Source of the DNA: Styela clava
Taxonomy: Eukaryota
DNA length: 64,000 bases
Direction of reading: 5' to 3'
Assembly: GCF_964204865.1 (NCBI RefSeq)
Contig: NC_135251.1
Span: 22,010,001 to 22,074,000 of the forward strand
Positions within the stretch are counted from its first letter, which is position 1. Each line of letters starts with the position of its first letter. The position numbers were made by a program, and so were the translations under genes. Shown here piece after piece: positions 25,581 through 37,512 of the stretch. The notes beneath the pieces were generated by a model, which saw nothing but the letters and a program-made list of their open reading frames with translations, did not search any database and had not been told where the DNA came from.

Positions 25581-27160
25581 GATTATTTGATTGCATACTA
25601 CTGAAAGTTCCGCCTTATATGTCTTTTCCCATTGTACTATTCCTTTACTGATATTCGATAATATGACGCTCATCTGACATAGTTCTTAAAGTGTGTAGAT
25701 GGGTATAATCTTTTCCACGCTGTTCAAATGGGAATGCGCGAATATATATAAGAATTGCTAATATTGGTTTGCAATGCGATGAAATCCCATCTTGGCATTT
25801 CTGCCTCTCGCAATTGCTGCGTATACTTATCGGGGAAGTTCTGTGGCGTGGTTATCAAATGAAAAAAAAACATGGGAGTATTTTTTCTACTTCTCTACTA
25901 CTATCAAACCTTGACATTTTGTGAAAACTTTTTTCCATGCAACTTTTTTTCAAAACATCCCCAACAACCACAATTAATTCTGTTATTAAACTTCCGAAAC
26001 AAACGCATAAAATCATCAACAGATGCATATCACCAAGTAGATATAGCTGAATTGATCTTTATTTTACCATTTTTCATGTAATTCTTTTTGGTAAACCTGT
26101 TATCTATCGTAAATACAGCACATTTGACAATGTTGTAGTGTGACTATTTTGGCCTCACATTTTTGATATTTGTAGTTAGAGCTTTTGGGGCTCTGTCAAA
26201 CAAAGTTACATACAAAATATTGATTGTAAATTGCAAAACATGTTCAAGTTGTTGGAATAACTTGGCATTTTACCACCCGTATATCATTCATTGTTGAGAA
26301 TATTAATAAAATCATAAAATTTAAAAATCCGTTTTCGTGAAATTTTTGTTGTAGCTGAATTCCAGGGACAGCATGACAACAGGCAAGAGAAGCACGGTCG
26401 CCTCTTTTAGTTTATGACAGGGTTTCTTAAAAGGGGACCCCGTCCTCCTTGGAGGCCGCTGATCGGTTATCTGGGAGCACGAACAAACAGATGGAAATGC
26501 GAATATATAATATATAACAATGTATTTTTATAGAAGATAAGAAGCAAAAGTGTTGAGAGTCTTTGGTAGTTTGAAAAGCATTGGCATGGAACATAAGAAT
26601 GAACTACATTCTTTCCCAGGGATATACTATAAAATGTAGCAATTTACTCATTCTTGTTCTCGTGATATCATTATCTTTCACTGCGTCGTCGTGATCATCC
26701 CGCTGCATAATAATTCTCGCTAACAAATAATTGACTGTTCTCCACAGGGTGTATATCAACTTGAACCACTGGCGACTGCATTAGCAGGCTTGTATTGTTA
26801 ATTGCAACAAAAACCGGTATTTTGAAATAGTACTCTTTATTTTACGCGTATGTTTCTCTTTCGACAGTATTTACATATGTACAGTATATGGGTCGCGACC
26901 CAAAGCTGGGCTCAACAAATACCTAAAAGTTATTGATTTTATTTCCTAGTAAATTTGGTGCTTGCGTAGTTTGTGCACCAAGATTGCGCACAACCTGAAC
27001 ATAGTATTGTAACAGGTTGTGCGTCATTATGATGCACAGGTTTGACGAAAAACACTAATAATACAAATATCGAGCCGCTGCTCAAGGCTGCAAACTCCAC
27101 ACCCATGTAGAAATGATGGGCAATGACCCCAAGATGAATAATCACAAATAAAAAAAAGAT

Positions 27161-27500
27161 GTGGCTCAAAGGGCTAAGCGTTAGGAATACGCTCGCCACC
27201 GCACCTCTAACTACTCTGCGTGGGTTCGCAGGTTCGAATCCCATGCAGGGATGGTTATGTGCGAGAGGATTGCTGGACTCCTTGGGTGGGTGGTTCACGT
27301 AACCGCTGGTCGGTTACGGCTTCCTCCACCCCTAAGTCCATGCTTCCGAAAACAAACAATACAGTAAAATCTAATCCCATACCCGACTTGGAATGGTAAC
27401 CGGACGAGAGGCCGTGGTTCGCCATATGGATAAGCCGTCTTATCGGCTTTCCCCCCCCCCCCCCCCGGGATAAATATGTAAATCCTATCCTCCTATCCTA
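27161..27500 (+). mobile_element. tRNA-derived SINE
   Basis: A-box-like GTGGCTCAAAGGGCTAAGCG, B box GGTTCGAATCCC (27231-27242), unique body and (ATCCT)n tail. The body recurs at 63630-63738. Confidence 0.8.
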
Positions 27501-28228
27501 AAAACTTTATATCTGAAATCAAACTTGGCCAAAAAGGTCCCCTTATCTGCCGGACTATAACATGTCATGACTCATGGCGGGCACGTATGCAACGTTAACT
27601 TGAAAGGCAGCAGTCACAGATTTTGCTGAGCAACACGGCTGACAAACGCGACGAGGGCGGTCATGTTTGGCGGGATGAAAAGTGTTTTTATCAATTAAAA
27701 TGAAACAATAAACTTTTCGGTACAATATCGGGTTCCAAAGGACGGATAGTCAATTGAAATATAAGATAAATGAAATGAAATTCTGATGCAAGCACGTCTA
27801 TCTTCAATTACAGATAATTTGCTGAGGACTCTGATGACTTTAGATAACGTATCCAGGTATCTTAGATATTGCCCTAATAAAATTAGTAAAAGATGTCAAA
27901 AGAATCTGCATATTGAATGTTTCAATACATCAGTATGTCACTTGTCACTCATTTCTGCATTTACCGGTACTGATTTATTAGGCATCATAGCCTATAAGCT
28001 ATAACAGATTTTTGGTATGATTGGGTTGATTGTCCGTTAGTCAGTTCTGTTTTATGATCTTCTGCTCTTTATGGTTGATTTAGTAAACAATAGGCGCTGC
28101 TTTGCTGTATGTTCAGTTGTTCAATGGTAGTAAAGATCAATATTTTTGTACAATATACAGTTAACTAATAGCTTATTGTTAAAAATTTAATATCAAGTAC
28201 TGTACTTAGACTGACAAAACCTTACATT

Positions 28229-28963
28229 ATGGAAGCTTTTCGGAGTCTCATGTCTTTTTTAATGACTCCTGTGTGTTATGAGATCTTTTTTACTGACTTC
28301 AATTTTCTCGACGTACCATGTCTGAAAGCAGTGATCAGCAAATGCTTAGGATATGGTATTATCATGGGAGCAGTTCTTGTAAAAGTACCTCAAATTCAAA
28401 AGTTGTTGAAGTCATCAAGTGCGGTGGGAATGAGTTTTTCTTCTGTACTGTTGGAATTGTATGCAATCACTTCCATGTGTGCTTACAGCATTGCTAGAAG
28501 TTTTCCATTCAGTGCATGGGGTGATTCATTCTTTTTGCTCATCCAAGTCACAATTATAGCCTGCTTGGTACAATACTACCGAGGTAAACCTCAATTGGCC
28601 ATCGTCTTCCTTGTAATTTACTCCGTCATACTGTTCGTATTGGTATCTGGTATCACTCCCACAAATGTTCTTGCAGCGCTTCAAGCAAGCAACATGCCTG
28701 CCATAGTTATAGCAAAGATGATTCAGGCAGCTGAAAGCATTAAAAATGGACACACTGGACAGCTGTCGGCTATAACTGTTTTCCTGACTTTCATTGGTTC
28801 AACTGCCAGAATTTTCACTTCAATACAAGAGACTGGAGACAACATTGTTATTCTTACATATATAGTTTCTACAATCGCAAATGCAGTAATATCTTTTCAA
28901 ATCATTTATTACTGGAAAGCCACTGAAGAATATGTTAAAAATTCTATGAAAAAGCAGCAATAA
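28229..28963 (+). CDS. MPDU1: mannose-P-dolichol utilization defect 1 (PQ-loop protein), intronless CDS
   Basis: 244 aa: CYEIFF...VPCLKAVISKCLGYGIIMGAVLVKVPQIQKL, FPFSAWGD, NGHTGQLSAIT, ARIFTSIQETGD. Confidence 0.96.
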   Translation: MEAFRSLMSFLMTPVCYEIFFTDFNFLDVPCLKAVISKCLGYGIIMGAVLVKVPQIQKLLKSSSAVGMSFSSVLLELYAITSMCAYSIARSFPFSAWGDSFFLLIQVTIIACLVQYYRGKPQLAIVFLVIYSVILFVLVSGITPTNVLAALQASNMPAIVIAKMIQAAESIKNGHTGQLSAITVFLTFIGSTARIFTSIQETGDNIVILTYIVSTIANAVISFQIIYYWKATEEYVKNSMKKQQ

Positions 28964-29934
28964 AGTCGAAGGATGGCTGAAAAAACTTCCAATTTTTATT
29001 AGTAGACCAATCGGGTGCAGATGAAATACACTCTCTTATACATGGACTGTTGTAGTTATTTTAGAAGAGATAATATTTTATTGCGCAATGTTTTCGAAGT
29101 ATTTAAAGGCATAATGTTTTTATTTATTCATTTTTTCCATTCGGTCAAAATCTTATCCTGCATATTGTTTTTGCATGCAATGTGGTTCATCACATAATTC
29201 TATAATAAATAAAAACAAACTTGTTTGCGATGATAACCAAATGGGTTTTAGAATTTTTTGGCATCTGATCAAAATTATTCATCAAAGTTGTATTTTTAAC
29301 TGAACCAATTTCTTTTATGAAGCAATATTTGTATTTGTTATTGCACAAGTCATATTCCATCTCCTGCATCAAGCAAAGCAGTAAATTAGAATGTTTTCCT
29401 TCAAGTATTTTAGCAAGTATTCATGCATGTTTTCAATAATTTTAGACAAGAGTGCTATGTAAAATTTTATTTGTGTGCCCTTTTCAATAGAAGTCTGACA
29501 AGATTGTTTTTTTCCATTTGGTATTGAATCTCGTACCTGATGAGTAAATTAGAATGCTGTTATTCAACAAAACTGCAAAAAAAGTGCTATTTTTATTGAA
29601 CAATAAGACTAATTTTGCCAGTAATGCTTCTTGTACAAATACTAGTTGCTTTGAAATCGAGAGGAATGAAATTGACAAATATTGAAATTGAACACCAAGT
29701 ACTTCAACAATCGATAGCCAATGTAGCAACAAGATATCTCGCTATTCGTTGAATATTTTGTATTTAAATCGGATTCATTTTTGCTTTTTTAACAAAATTT
29801 GAACAAAATCATTTTAGAGTACTAGGTAGTACTTGTAAGCTTTGTACTATGCATTATCTGCCTATTACAACATGTGATTTGAATTAAATTGTTTTCTCAG
29901 TTTTTGGACATAGTTTTAGTTATATATTAAAAGC

Positions 29935-30285
29935 ATGGCCAGTTCATCTGAACCAAATGATATCGACGAACAGTTGATGAGCTTTGAAAAGCTTGATAGA
30001 GCTTCTCCAGATCTATGGCCAGAACAATTGTCGAGTGTGTCAGATTTTATGTCTGCGTTACGAAGTCCGATGTCACCTAAATCACCGCCAAAATGGATGG
30101 CAGAGTTAGAAAAGGACGATATTGATATGCTACAGGAATTTGGTAGTTTAACAACTGCAAATTTATTGGAAAAAGTTCGTGGATTACAAAACCTTGCTTA
30201 TCAACTAGGACTAGATGAATCTCGTGAAATGACAAGAGGAAAATTTTTGAACATTCTCGGAAATGGAAAATTGTTTGGGAGTTGA
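29935..30285 (+). CDS. LIN52: protein lin-52 homolog (MuvB/DREAM subunit), intronless CDS
   Basis: 116 aa: LMSFEKLDRASPDLWPEQ (LxSxExL motif plus the DYRK1A-site serine), SPPKW, GLQNLAYQLGLDESREMTRGKFLNIL. Confidence 0.97.
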   Translation: MASSSEPNDIDEQLMSFEKLDRASPDLWPEQLSSVSDFMSALRSPMSPKSPPKWMAELEKDDIDMLQEFGSLTTANLLEKVRGLQNLAYQLGLDESREMTRGKFLNILGNGKLFGS

Positions 30286-31140
30286 TATATGGAAAAATCA
30301 TAAATATTTATATGTTAAAATACTGGAATTTAGTGAGAGGGGGCTGTTTTATGCAAAAAATGCTTTAGTATGTTAATATCGTATATGGATATAAAAATAT
30401 ATGAGACTATCTCTATCAGTTATTATGTGCTTATCACATAAGCATGGACGATTGCTGCAACCTTCAATGCATATATCTTGACAAAACAAATTTTCACTGT
30501 ATACTGTAATATCTTTGTCAGCCAGCTTGTGAAAGCGCTGTGATTTTGGAGTATTAGAAACTTGTTTAAATACCGATGTTGATTGTAGACATTGACAATT
30601 TGGTTAACATACCAAATCTAAATATTTCAAAATGTGATGCACAAAAATATAGTTTCTCATAAAATGAAGCATTTGAATGTTTATGATGATGGCTTCTAAT
30701 TTGAAATTATAGAGCTCTCTATTCATAGAGTGGAGATAGAATCATTTATTCCATATCCTTCCAATGCAAATAAAGATATTAAGATTGATATTAAAAGGTG
30801 TCCTTGGTTTTTAAATTTGTATTGCATCATCCTCATGACAGTTAGAGCAGCCTTAAGCGACGTTGCCTGCAGAACATGTTTTATTACGAAATCCTCATAT
30901 CTCGCTATCTCACCAAGCTGATGAGACTATTTGCATTATTGTGCTATGCTGTTACTGCAGGCCTCATATTGTTTACTTTATTTGTTGATTTTCTCTATAC
31001 CAAAGAAGTGTGTTTTAAATACAAGGCCTGGGTGGCAGAAATTGTGTCTGTTATATTTTATACTCAATACAATTTTATAGGCAATATTTTATCTGTTGTT
31101 CTCTAGCTTTGTTTAAGTTTCATAGCCAAATGCTGATATT

Positions 31141-32736
31141 ATGAAGGCCATTATTCAAAGAGTTATGAAAGCAAGTGTCACGGGTGAGAGTACAAGTCTA
31201 TTCTAATTCTTCCACATTGCTGAAAAACTTTTTTAAAACAAATTTTAAATCACAATACCAGATAAATAGATAATTGTGCCATCTCATTTCTTGAATGACA
31301 TCTATCATTCTGTAACCCTCATAACTTTTTACAACACTTATTTGTGCGTTTTGCTCTGAACACGGCCCTGTTAAAGCAGCCAGTGATATTTAACTTAACA
31401 TTTATAGGGGCTAATGTTTTTGGGAAGACCGTAATCTATCTGGATTGGCATTACCTACTCAATTTATTACACTATAGGTAAGGTTGTGAGATTCGAAACA
31501 GAGTTGTGTAAACTGCGATGCCAGCACTCTCAAGCCTAAGGCTACAACCACTAGGGCTTGTGCCACTCACTCTCTTTTGTACCACCTAAATTTACTGAAT
31601 TGTAAATTTCAGCTTGATCTTTTTTTATTAATAGATAATATTTTATCTATTCATGGCCTTTTACATATTGCATGTTGAATTTGTAGAAATTTCCACTTTT
31701 AAAAAATGAAAAACTGAGAAGTTATTCAGTATAGAGATAAAGAAGATTCTAATGAGCTATATTCCATAAGAATAACTGTGGTAAAATTAGAAGAAAATGT
31801 CCGAAAAACATTGTTTTTTTGTAATTTAGACTTTTAAAAAATTTTACGATCTCTTCAATGTTGAATTGTATATATTTTTTTATTTTCAATTTTCACAGTT
31901 GGTGATGAAACAGTCAGTTCGATTGGAAGTGGTGTTTGCGTCTTACTCGGAATATCACGATATGATACTGTGAAGGAGATGGATTCCATGTAAGGTAATG
32001 CTTCTTGCCTAACAATTTTTAATTAATACTATGTTGACTGATTGAAGTCCTCCATTTTCCTTAGCATCAAAAAGATTTTAAACTTGCGAATTTTTGAAGA
32101 TGATGATGGTAAAAGATGGAACAAAAGTGTTAAAGACAGGGACATGGAAATTTTGTGTGTGAGCCAGGTATTCTAAACTTCTAATAAAACTTGTGTTAAA
32201 ATCGGACTTCTCTTCCAGCTGCTCCCAATACCTTGTTATGTTTAAAATTGATTATGCTTTCTGAGCCTATCTTGTCTTACTAATTTCCACAGTTTTAAAC
32301 CACTTTTTACATTTTTAAACAGTTCACCTTACAAAGCATAATGAAAGGGAACAAATTGGATTTTCATCGTGCAATGTCAGCGGACAAATCTGAAGAATTT
32401 TATAATTTATTTTTGGATAAATTGAGAAAAAGTTACAAAATAGATAAAGTGAAAGGTGAGTAAAATGTTTGGATTTATTTTAATCATCCTTCTTGTCAGT
32501 TCAATCATATTGTCCTGCGAGAGAGGTTTTACCACAACGGACATGTGTTGTAAGTGAGTCCCATCTTAGTTTCAATGAGGTTTTTTTTGGTAAAAAAATC
32601 AATTCTTCTAGATGGAAAATTTGGAGCATATATGCAAGTTCATATTCAAAATGATGGACCTGTAACTGTTGAACTTGATTATCCTCCCACAAAACCTGAC
32701 AAAGCTGATGATGCAAAAGAATCTGAAAAGGATTGA
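31141..32736 (+). CDS. DTD1: D-aminoacyl-tRNA deacylase 1, 5 exons (31141-31183, 31899-31989, 32065-32167, 32323-32455, 32612-32736), 164 aa
   Basis: Spliced product MKAIIQRVMKASVTVGDETVSSIGSGVCVLLGISRYDT...KILNLRIFEDDDGKRWNKSV...ILCVSQFTL...KGNKLDFHRAM...DGKFGAYMQVHIQNDGPVT. SQFTL and Gly-cisPro motifs are present and intron phases are consistent. Confidence 0.95.
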
Positions 32737-33597
32737 AATCTCTTCAATAACCTCTTGATACAGACTGAGAAGGTTAAATAGCAAGATTTTAGTGTAAATG
32801 CAAAGTTGAAGAATTCAGTTCATGCGAACAATTATGGATGATACTGCAGATGGAATTACATACATTATAATAAAGGAAATATCCTAGCAACTTTAGAAAA
32901 TTGAAACATTCAATATGGGAAAATAATGGAGTACATGGTTTATGCAATGAATTTGTATAGTCTTTTCACAGTTGCAAATTTGTTGTCGACGGACTTGCAT
33001 AGGTTAATTAATAGAACTGGGTAGTTTTGGATACCAAGTGATATTGGACTACAATCCAATACTATGTTGAATCAAATTTTTATATTTCTTGAAGTTGGTG
33101 TTTCTTTAGACATTGAATAATAATAATATCAAATAACATTTTAAAAGTATAACAATTTGCAACAAGTAGAATGATAACGGTCTGCTGACCGAAACAAAAT
33201 GGCAGCAATTAGAAAAAAAATTAGTCTTTACTCTTGAGCTAATTTGGAAAGTTAGGTATTCCATTCAAAGTGACCACCCTTAGTAATCTGAAATTTGGCT
33301 AATATAATATAGAGTGTATCTAAAATTAAAACAAAACTGTTGTCGATTTAATGTTTTTTTTTATGATATATCTGGCATATATATATATATATATGATTTT
33401 AAAACTCTCATTGATTGAATGAGGTAGTGTGAATATCTGGGTCCCTTCATGCAATTCTTTGTTTTATGTAAATTCTGAAAATCTATCAAATGGTAATTAG
33501 ACATTGATCTTAATTTGTTTAACAATCCACCTAACCAAAGTTTCAATCTTGTTTGTTTTATGGTAGATATGCATTAGTAAAAGTTCAATAAATTAGA

Positions 33598-34869
33598 ATG
33601 GCGATAAATATATGTATGCGTAAGCTCCAGCAGCATGTTTTAATTGGAAATTGCAAGACGATAAGGATATTTGAGAAGAAGATTTTGCCGTCTGTTCGAA
33701 ATGTAAATTACCTTGCAAATATGGGACCTATTTCAGAAACACATGAAATGCTTCGAAGGACTTGTGCTGATTTTGCAGAAAAAGAACTCATTCCAATTGC
33801 AGGTGAACTTGATAGGAATCACACTTTTCCACGGGAGCAAATAAAGAAAATGGGGGATATGGGACTAATGGCACTTGACACACCTGGAGAATATGGTGGG
33901 GCTGGATTGGACTACTTGGCATATGCTATTGCTATGGAAGAAATTAGCAGAGGGTGTGCATCTACTGGTGTTGTTATGACAGTCAACAATTCTCTGTATC
34001 TTGGTCCAATAAATAAATGGGGAACAGAAGAACAAAAAGAACAATTCATAAAACCTTTTACCGATGGCAGTAAAGTTGGTTGCTTTGCACTAAGTGAACC
34101 TGGTAATGGATCTGATGCGGGCGCTGCGTCGACAACCGCTACATTGGATGGTGATTCATGGGTGTTGAACGGTACGAAAGCCTGGATAACAAATGCTCAT
34201 GAAGCATCTGCCACCGTTGTGTTTGCAACTACTAACAAAGAAAAGCTCCACAAAGGGATTAGTGCTTTTCTAGTCCCAATGCCAACACCTGGTCTTAGTC
34301 TTGGGAAGAAAGAAGATAAGTTGGGAATTAGAGCTTCTTCTACCGCTTCCCTTATATTTGAAGACTGTCGAATACCCAAAGAAAATCTTTTGGGAGAGAG
34401 CGGATTTGGTTTCAAAATTGCAATGCAGACACTGGATGCTGGCAGAATCGGTGTAGCATCCCAGGCACTTGGTATTGCTCAAGCATCATTGGATTGTGCA
34501 GTTGCTTATTCTAAAGACAGGAAAGCATTTGGAATGAGCATCAACAAACTGCAAGCCATTCAATTCAAGCTTTCTGAAATGGCAGTCCGAATAGAAAGCG
34601 CACGATTGCTGAACTGGAGGGCAGCTATGCTAAAAGACGCTGGTAATAATTTTACGAAAGAGGCAGCGATGGCCAAACTAGCATGCTCAGAAACTGGCAC
34701 CTATGCTGCTCACCAAGCTATGCAAATATTGGGGGGAATGGGCTATGTTACTGACATGCCAGCAGAACGTCATTATAGAGATGCTAGAATAACAGAAATT
34801 TATGAGGGCACAAGTGAAATTCAGCACCTCGTTATTGCTGGCCAATTATTGAAGGAATATGAACATTAA
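33598..34869 (+). CDS. ACADS: short-chain specific acyl-CoA dehydrogenase, mitochondrial, intronless CDS
   Basis: 423 aa: [76 protein letters not shown]. Basic N-terminal transit peptide. Confidence 0.97.
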   Translation: MAINICMRKLQQHVLIGNCKTIRIFEKKILPSVRNVNYLANMGPISETHEMLRRTCADFAEKELIPIAGELDRNHTFPREQIKKMGDMGLMALDTPGEYGGAGLDYLAYAIAMEEISRGCASTGVVMTVNNSLYLGPINKWGTEEQKEQFIKPFTDGSKVGCFALSEPGNGSDAGAASTTATLDGDSWVLNGTKAWITNAHEASATVVFATTNKEKLHKGISAFLVPMPTPGLSLGKKEDKLGIRASSTASLIFEDCRIPKENLLGESGFGFKIAMQTLDAGRIGVASQALGIAQASLDCAVAYSKDRKAFGMSINKLQAIQFKLSEMAVRIESARLLNWRAAMLKDAGNNFTKEAAMAKLACSETGTYAAHQAMQILGGMGYVTDMPAERHYRDARITEIYEGTSEIQHLVIAGQLLKEYEH

Positions 34870-35639
34870 ATGAATATCTGTTTAGGAAATTTGGAGATGA
34901 TAATTTTTTCATTCTGTATTTGGTGAAGCTAAATAATCTTTATACCATAAATTTAGTATTTATTGTTGTTTATATTTTGCGCGATCGATTTAATCGTTAG
35001 ATATTGATTTGAATTATTTTGTTGTTTATCTTCAATTAATTGATGTTAATTGTAGTATCTAGTTGGAGCCTCACATTACTGGAACAATAAACCCGAAATT
35101 CGAGACACCATGTGTAGAAAGTATCTTGTAGTAATACATCATCAAATAAATTGCCTGGTATTTCCAAGAATTTAGTTAATTACATATTAATTAATATAGC
35201 ATATTGGTAAAAACAGTCACTTTGTATTTGTTGTTCCACTTTGATTTTCTAAAATGTACCAATTTCTCACGGTTCTTATTCAACTTAAGTACATTGGTAT
35301 GTATCAAGCATCATGATTAAAAAGTATAGAAGCTTGGTGGTTGATGCAATTGGCGAAGGGATTTAGTGGGGCAGAATAATGGACTGTGATAGATCCCTTA
35401 AGCAGCTAAATTATCAGCTACATAGTAAGTAGTTATTTGTAATTAAAAACAATGAGGCAAAGCAATGCTGAACATATTTGAACAAAAAAAATAAACTTGT
35501 TTTGAAGAAAAACCGGTGAACATGAAATATAATTCATTGTCTGTAAACGCGTTATGCACGGGTGTGGTAAGACGTGAGAGCACAGAGTTTAGCGGAAAGA
35601 TCGTCGGACAAGCAATTCCCAATAAAAAGTTCCAATTTA

Positions 35640-36790
35640 ATTAGGATAAACAGCAAGTCCATTTTCAAGTACCAGTGCTGAAAATTTGGAATCGATTAGG
35701 TGGTTGCTGTTGCTATTTTAGAACAGGTCCCGAGGTTATCCACCTCGTGATACGATTCGAGAGAGAGAGTTTCTTTTTCTGGTATCCTGCTGTTTTCCCA
35801 GTCGATGCTATGGTTTTAAGAAAGGGCCGACTTATCAATTTTCTTTTGTTTATCTCTTAGATGTTACTTGCTGCGAGTTTTCAAGCTTCTTTTGGTTTCT
35901 CCAATGTAGACTGAAGAACAATCGCTGCATGGGATGCATATACAACTCCGTTTTTTGTTTAGGACATGGGCGGTCTTTGACGTTGGAGAGCAATTGGCCG
36001 ATAGTGTTTTGGGGTTTAAAACTTAGGTACTCTGATTTTAACGTCTTCCAAAATTCTTCGAATTTTTTCACTTAGTTCTTGGACATACGGAATGGTGGTA
36101 GATGAGATTGGTTTGGGTTTATCAGGCAGTTTTTGGAAATTTACATGATTTCTGAACATTCTCGTTGGATATCCATTTTGTCGTAAAGTCTTCTTAATAA
36201 AATTTAGTTCTTGTTTCTGCTTTGTTTCATCCGATATAAGAGTTTTGGCACGATTCATAAGACTACTAACCACTGAACGTTTATGGTTAAGCGGGTGGCT
36301 GGAATTAAAATTAAGATACCGATTTGTATGGGTCTTTTTCCTAAATATATCAGTCGTCAATTCTCCATTTCCTTCTCTCTGTATCTGGACATCTAAGAAG
36401 GCTACTGTCCCATTGACTTCTTTTTCTATGGTAAATTTTATGCTTGGTTCGATCGTGTTGATGTGGTCGTGGAACGCGTCACAAAATTCCTCTTTGATTA
36501 TGTTGAACGTATCATCAACATATCTTTCCCAGATTCTTGGGCTATTTGGAAAGGACGTTAAGGCTCTTTCTTCCACATCTTCCATGGCCATATTGGCAAC
36601 AACGACCGAAACAGGAGAACCCATGGCTGTACCGAAAATTTGTTTATAGTGCTTCCCCCCTAAAGCTCAGATTGGCCGCACTTAAGCAAATAGTTAAGGC
36701 TTCGTAAATTTGGTCAATTGATAGTTTCGTTCTATCTTTCAGGTTATTATCATCTTCTAGTCGTTTCCGAGTTACTTTTATATAGCGCTA
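35640..36790 (-). mobile_element. decayed Penelope-like retroelement (RT + GIY-YIG endonuclease)
   Basis: RT C-terminal half: GTAMGSPVS...WERYVDDTF...IKFTIEKE...FLDVQI...FRKKTHTNRYLNFNSSHP. Downstream frameshifted GVVY...IPCSDCSSVYIGETKRSLKTR*H (GIY-YIG) at ~35950-35860. Frameshifts and a stop mean it is non-functional. Confidence 0.9.
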
Positions 36791-37028
36791 AATCAAAGAG
36801 GAATTTTGTGACGCGTTCCACGACCACATCAACACGATCGAACCAAGCATAAAATTTACCATAGAAAAAGAAGTCAATGGGACAATAGCCTTCTTAGATG
36901 TCCAGATACAGAGAGAAGGAAATGGAGAATTGACGACTGATATATTTAGGAAAAAGACCCATACTAATCGCTAACTTAATATTAACTCCAGCCACCCGCT
37001 TAACCATAAACGTTCAGGGGTTAGTAGT
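36791..37028 (+). repeat. inverted duplication of Penelope RT segment 36262-36499
   Basis: aatcaaagaggaattttgtgacgcgttccacgacc...ccgcttaaccataaacgttcag is the near-exact reverse complement of 36262-36499. Confidence 0.92.
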
Positions 37029-37512
37029 AGGGTTGGGATTTCTGGACCAGTTTTTGAAATCCCGGTATCGGGATATCCCGGGATTAAGCCGTCTAATCCC
37101 GGGATTTTTCGGGATTAAGTAAAAGATTGAAACAACTTGCGTGACAATGAAATGACGTCTATATTTCATGTAATATCGACGCAGAAATATTAGAGCATCT
37201 AGGGCAGTGGTCCCCAACCTTTTTTTTATATCGCGGCACACTACTATTTAGCTCTTTAAATATTCGCGACACACCTATCACAAAACACGAACATTTTCTA
37301 CCCATAAAGAGTGCGATAGTCGAACGCGAAAAAATGGTTAATAGTTACCGATATTAGAACTGTTTTCTTATATTATTGTAAACGAGAGCGTCTTCGGAGC
37401 ATCTCACATTATTGTAAAAGTTGCGCGGCCGCACGGGTGATAGGTAGTCTTCAAACGCACCGCTGATCACGCGCTTCGGTTGTGCTCGCCGTTCCACGTT
37501 ACGCCCTTATTA

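Noticed and set aside
26416-26910. Further hAT-like ends (26418, 26890, 3138, 53210)
   Set aside because: Orphan fragments without a matching TIR or TSD.
27161-27245. tRNA gene
   Set aside because: A/B boxes are present but there is no proper cloverleaf, and it is followed by a repeat body and simple-repeat tail, so it is a SINE.
36245-36649. Antisense ORFs over the RT and over ACADS, ANKRD13C, ATG4 and MPDU1
   Set aside because: Shadow ORFs of real coding frames with no independent support.
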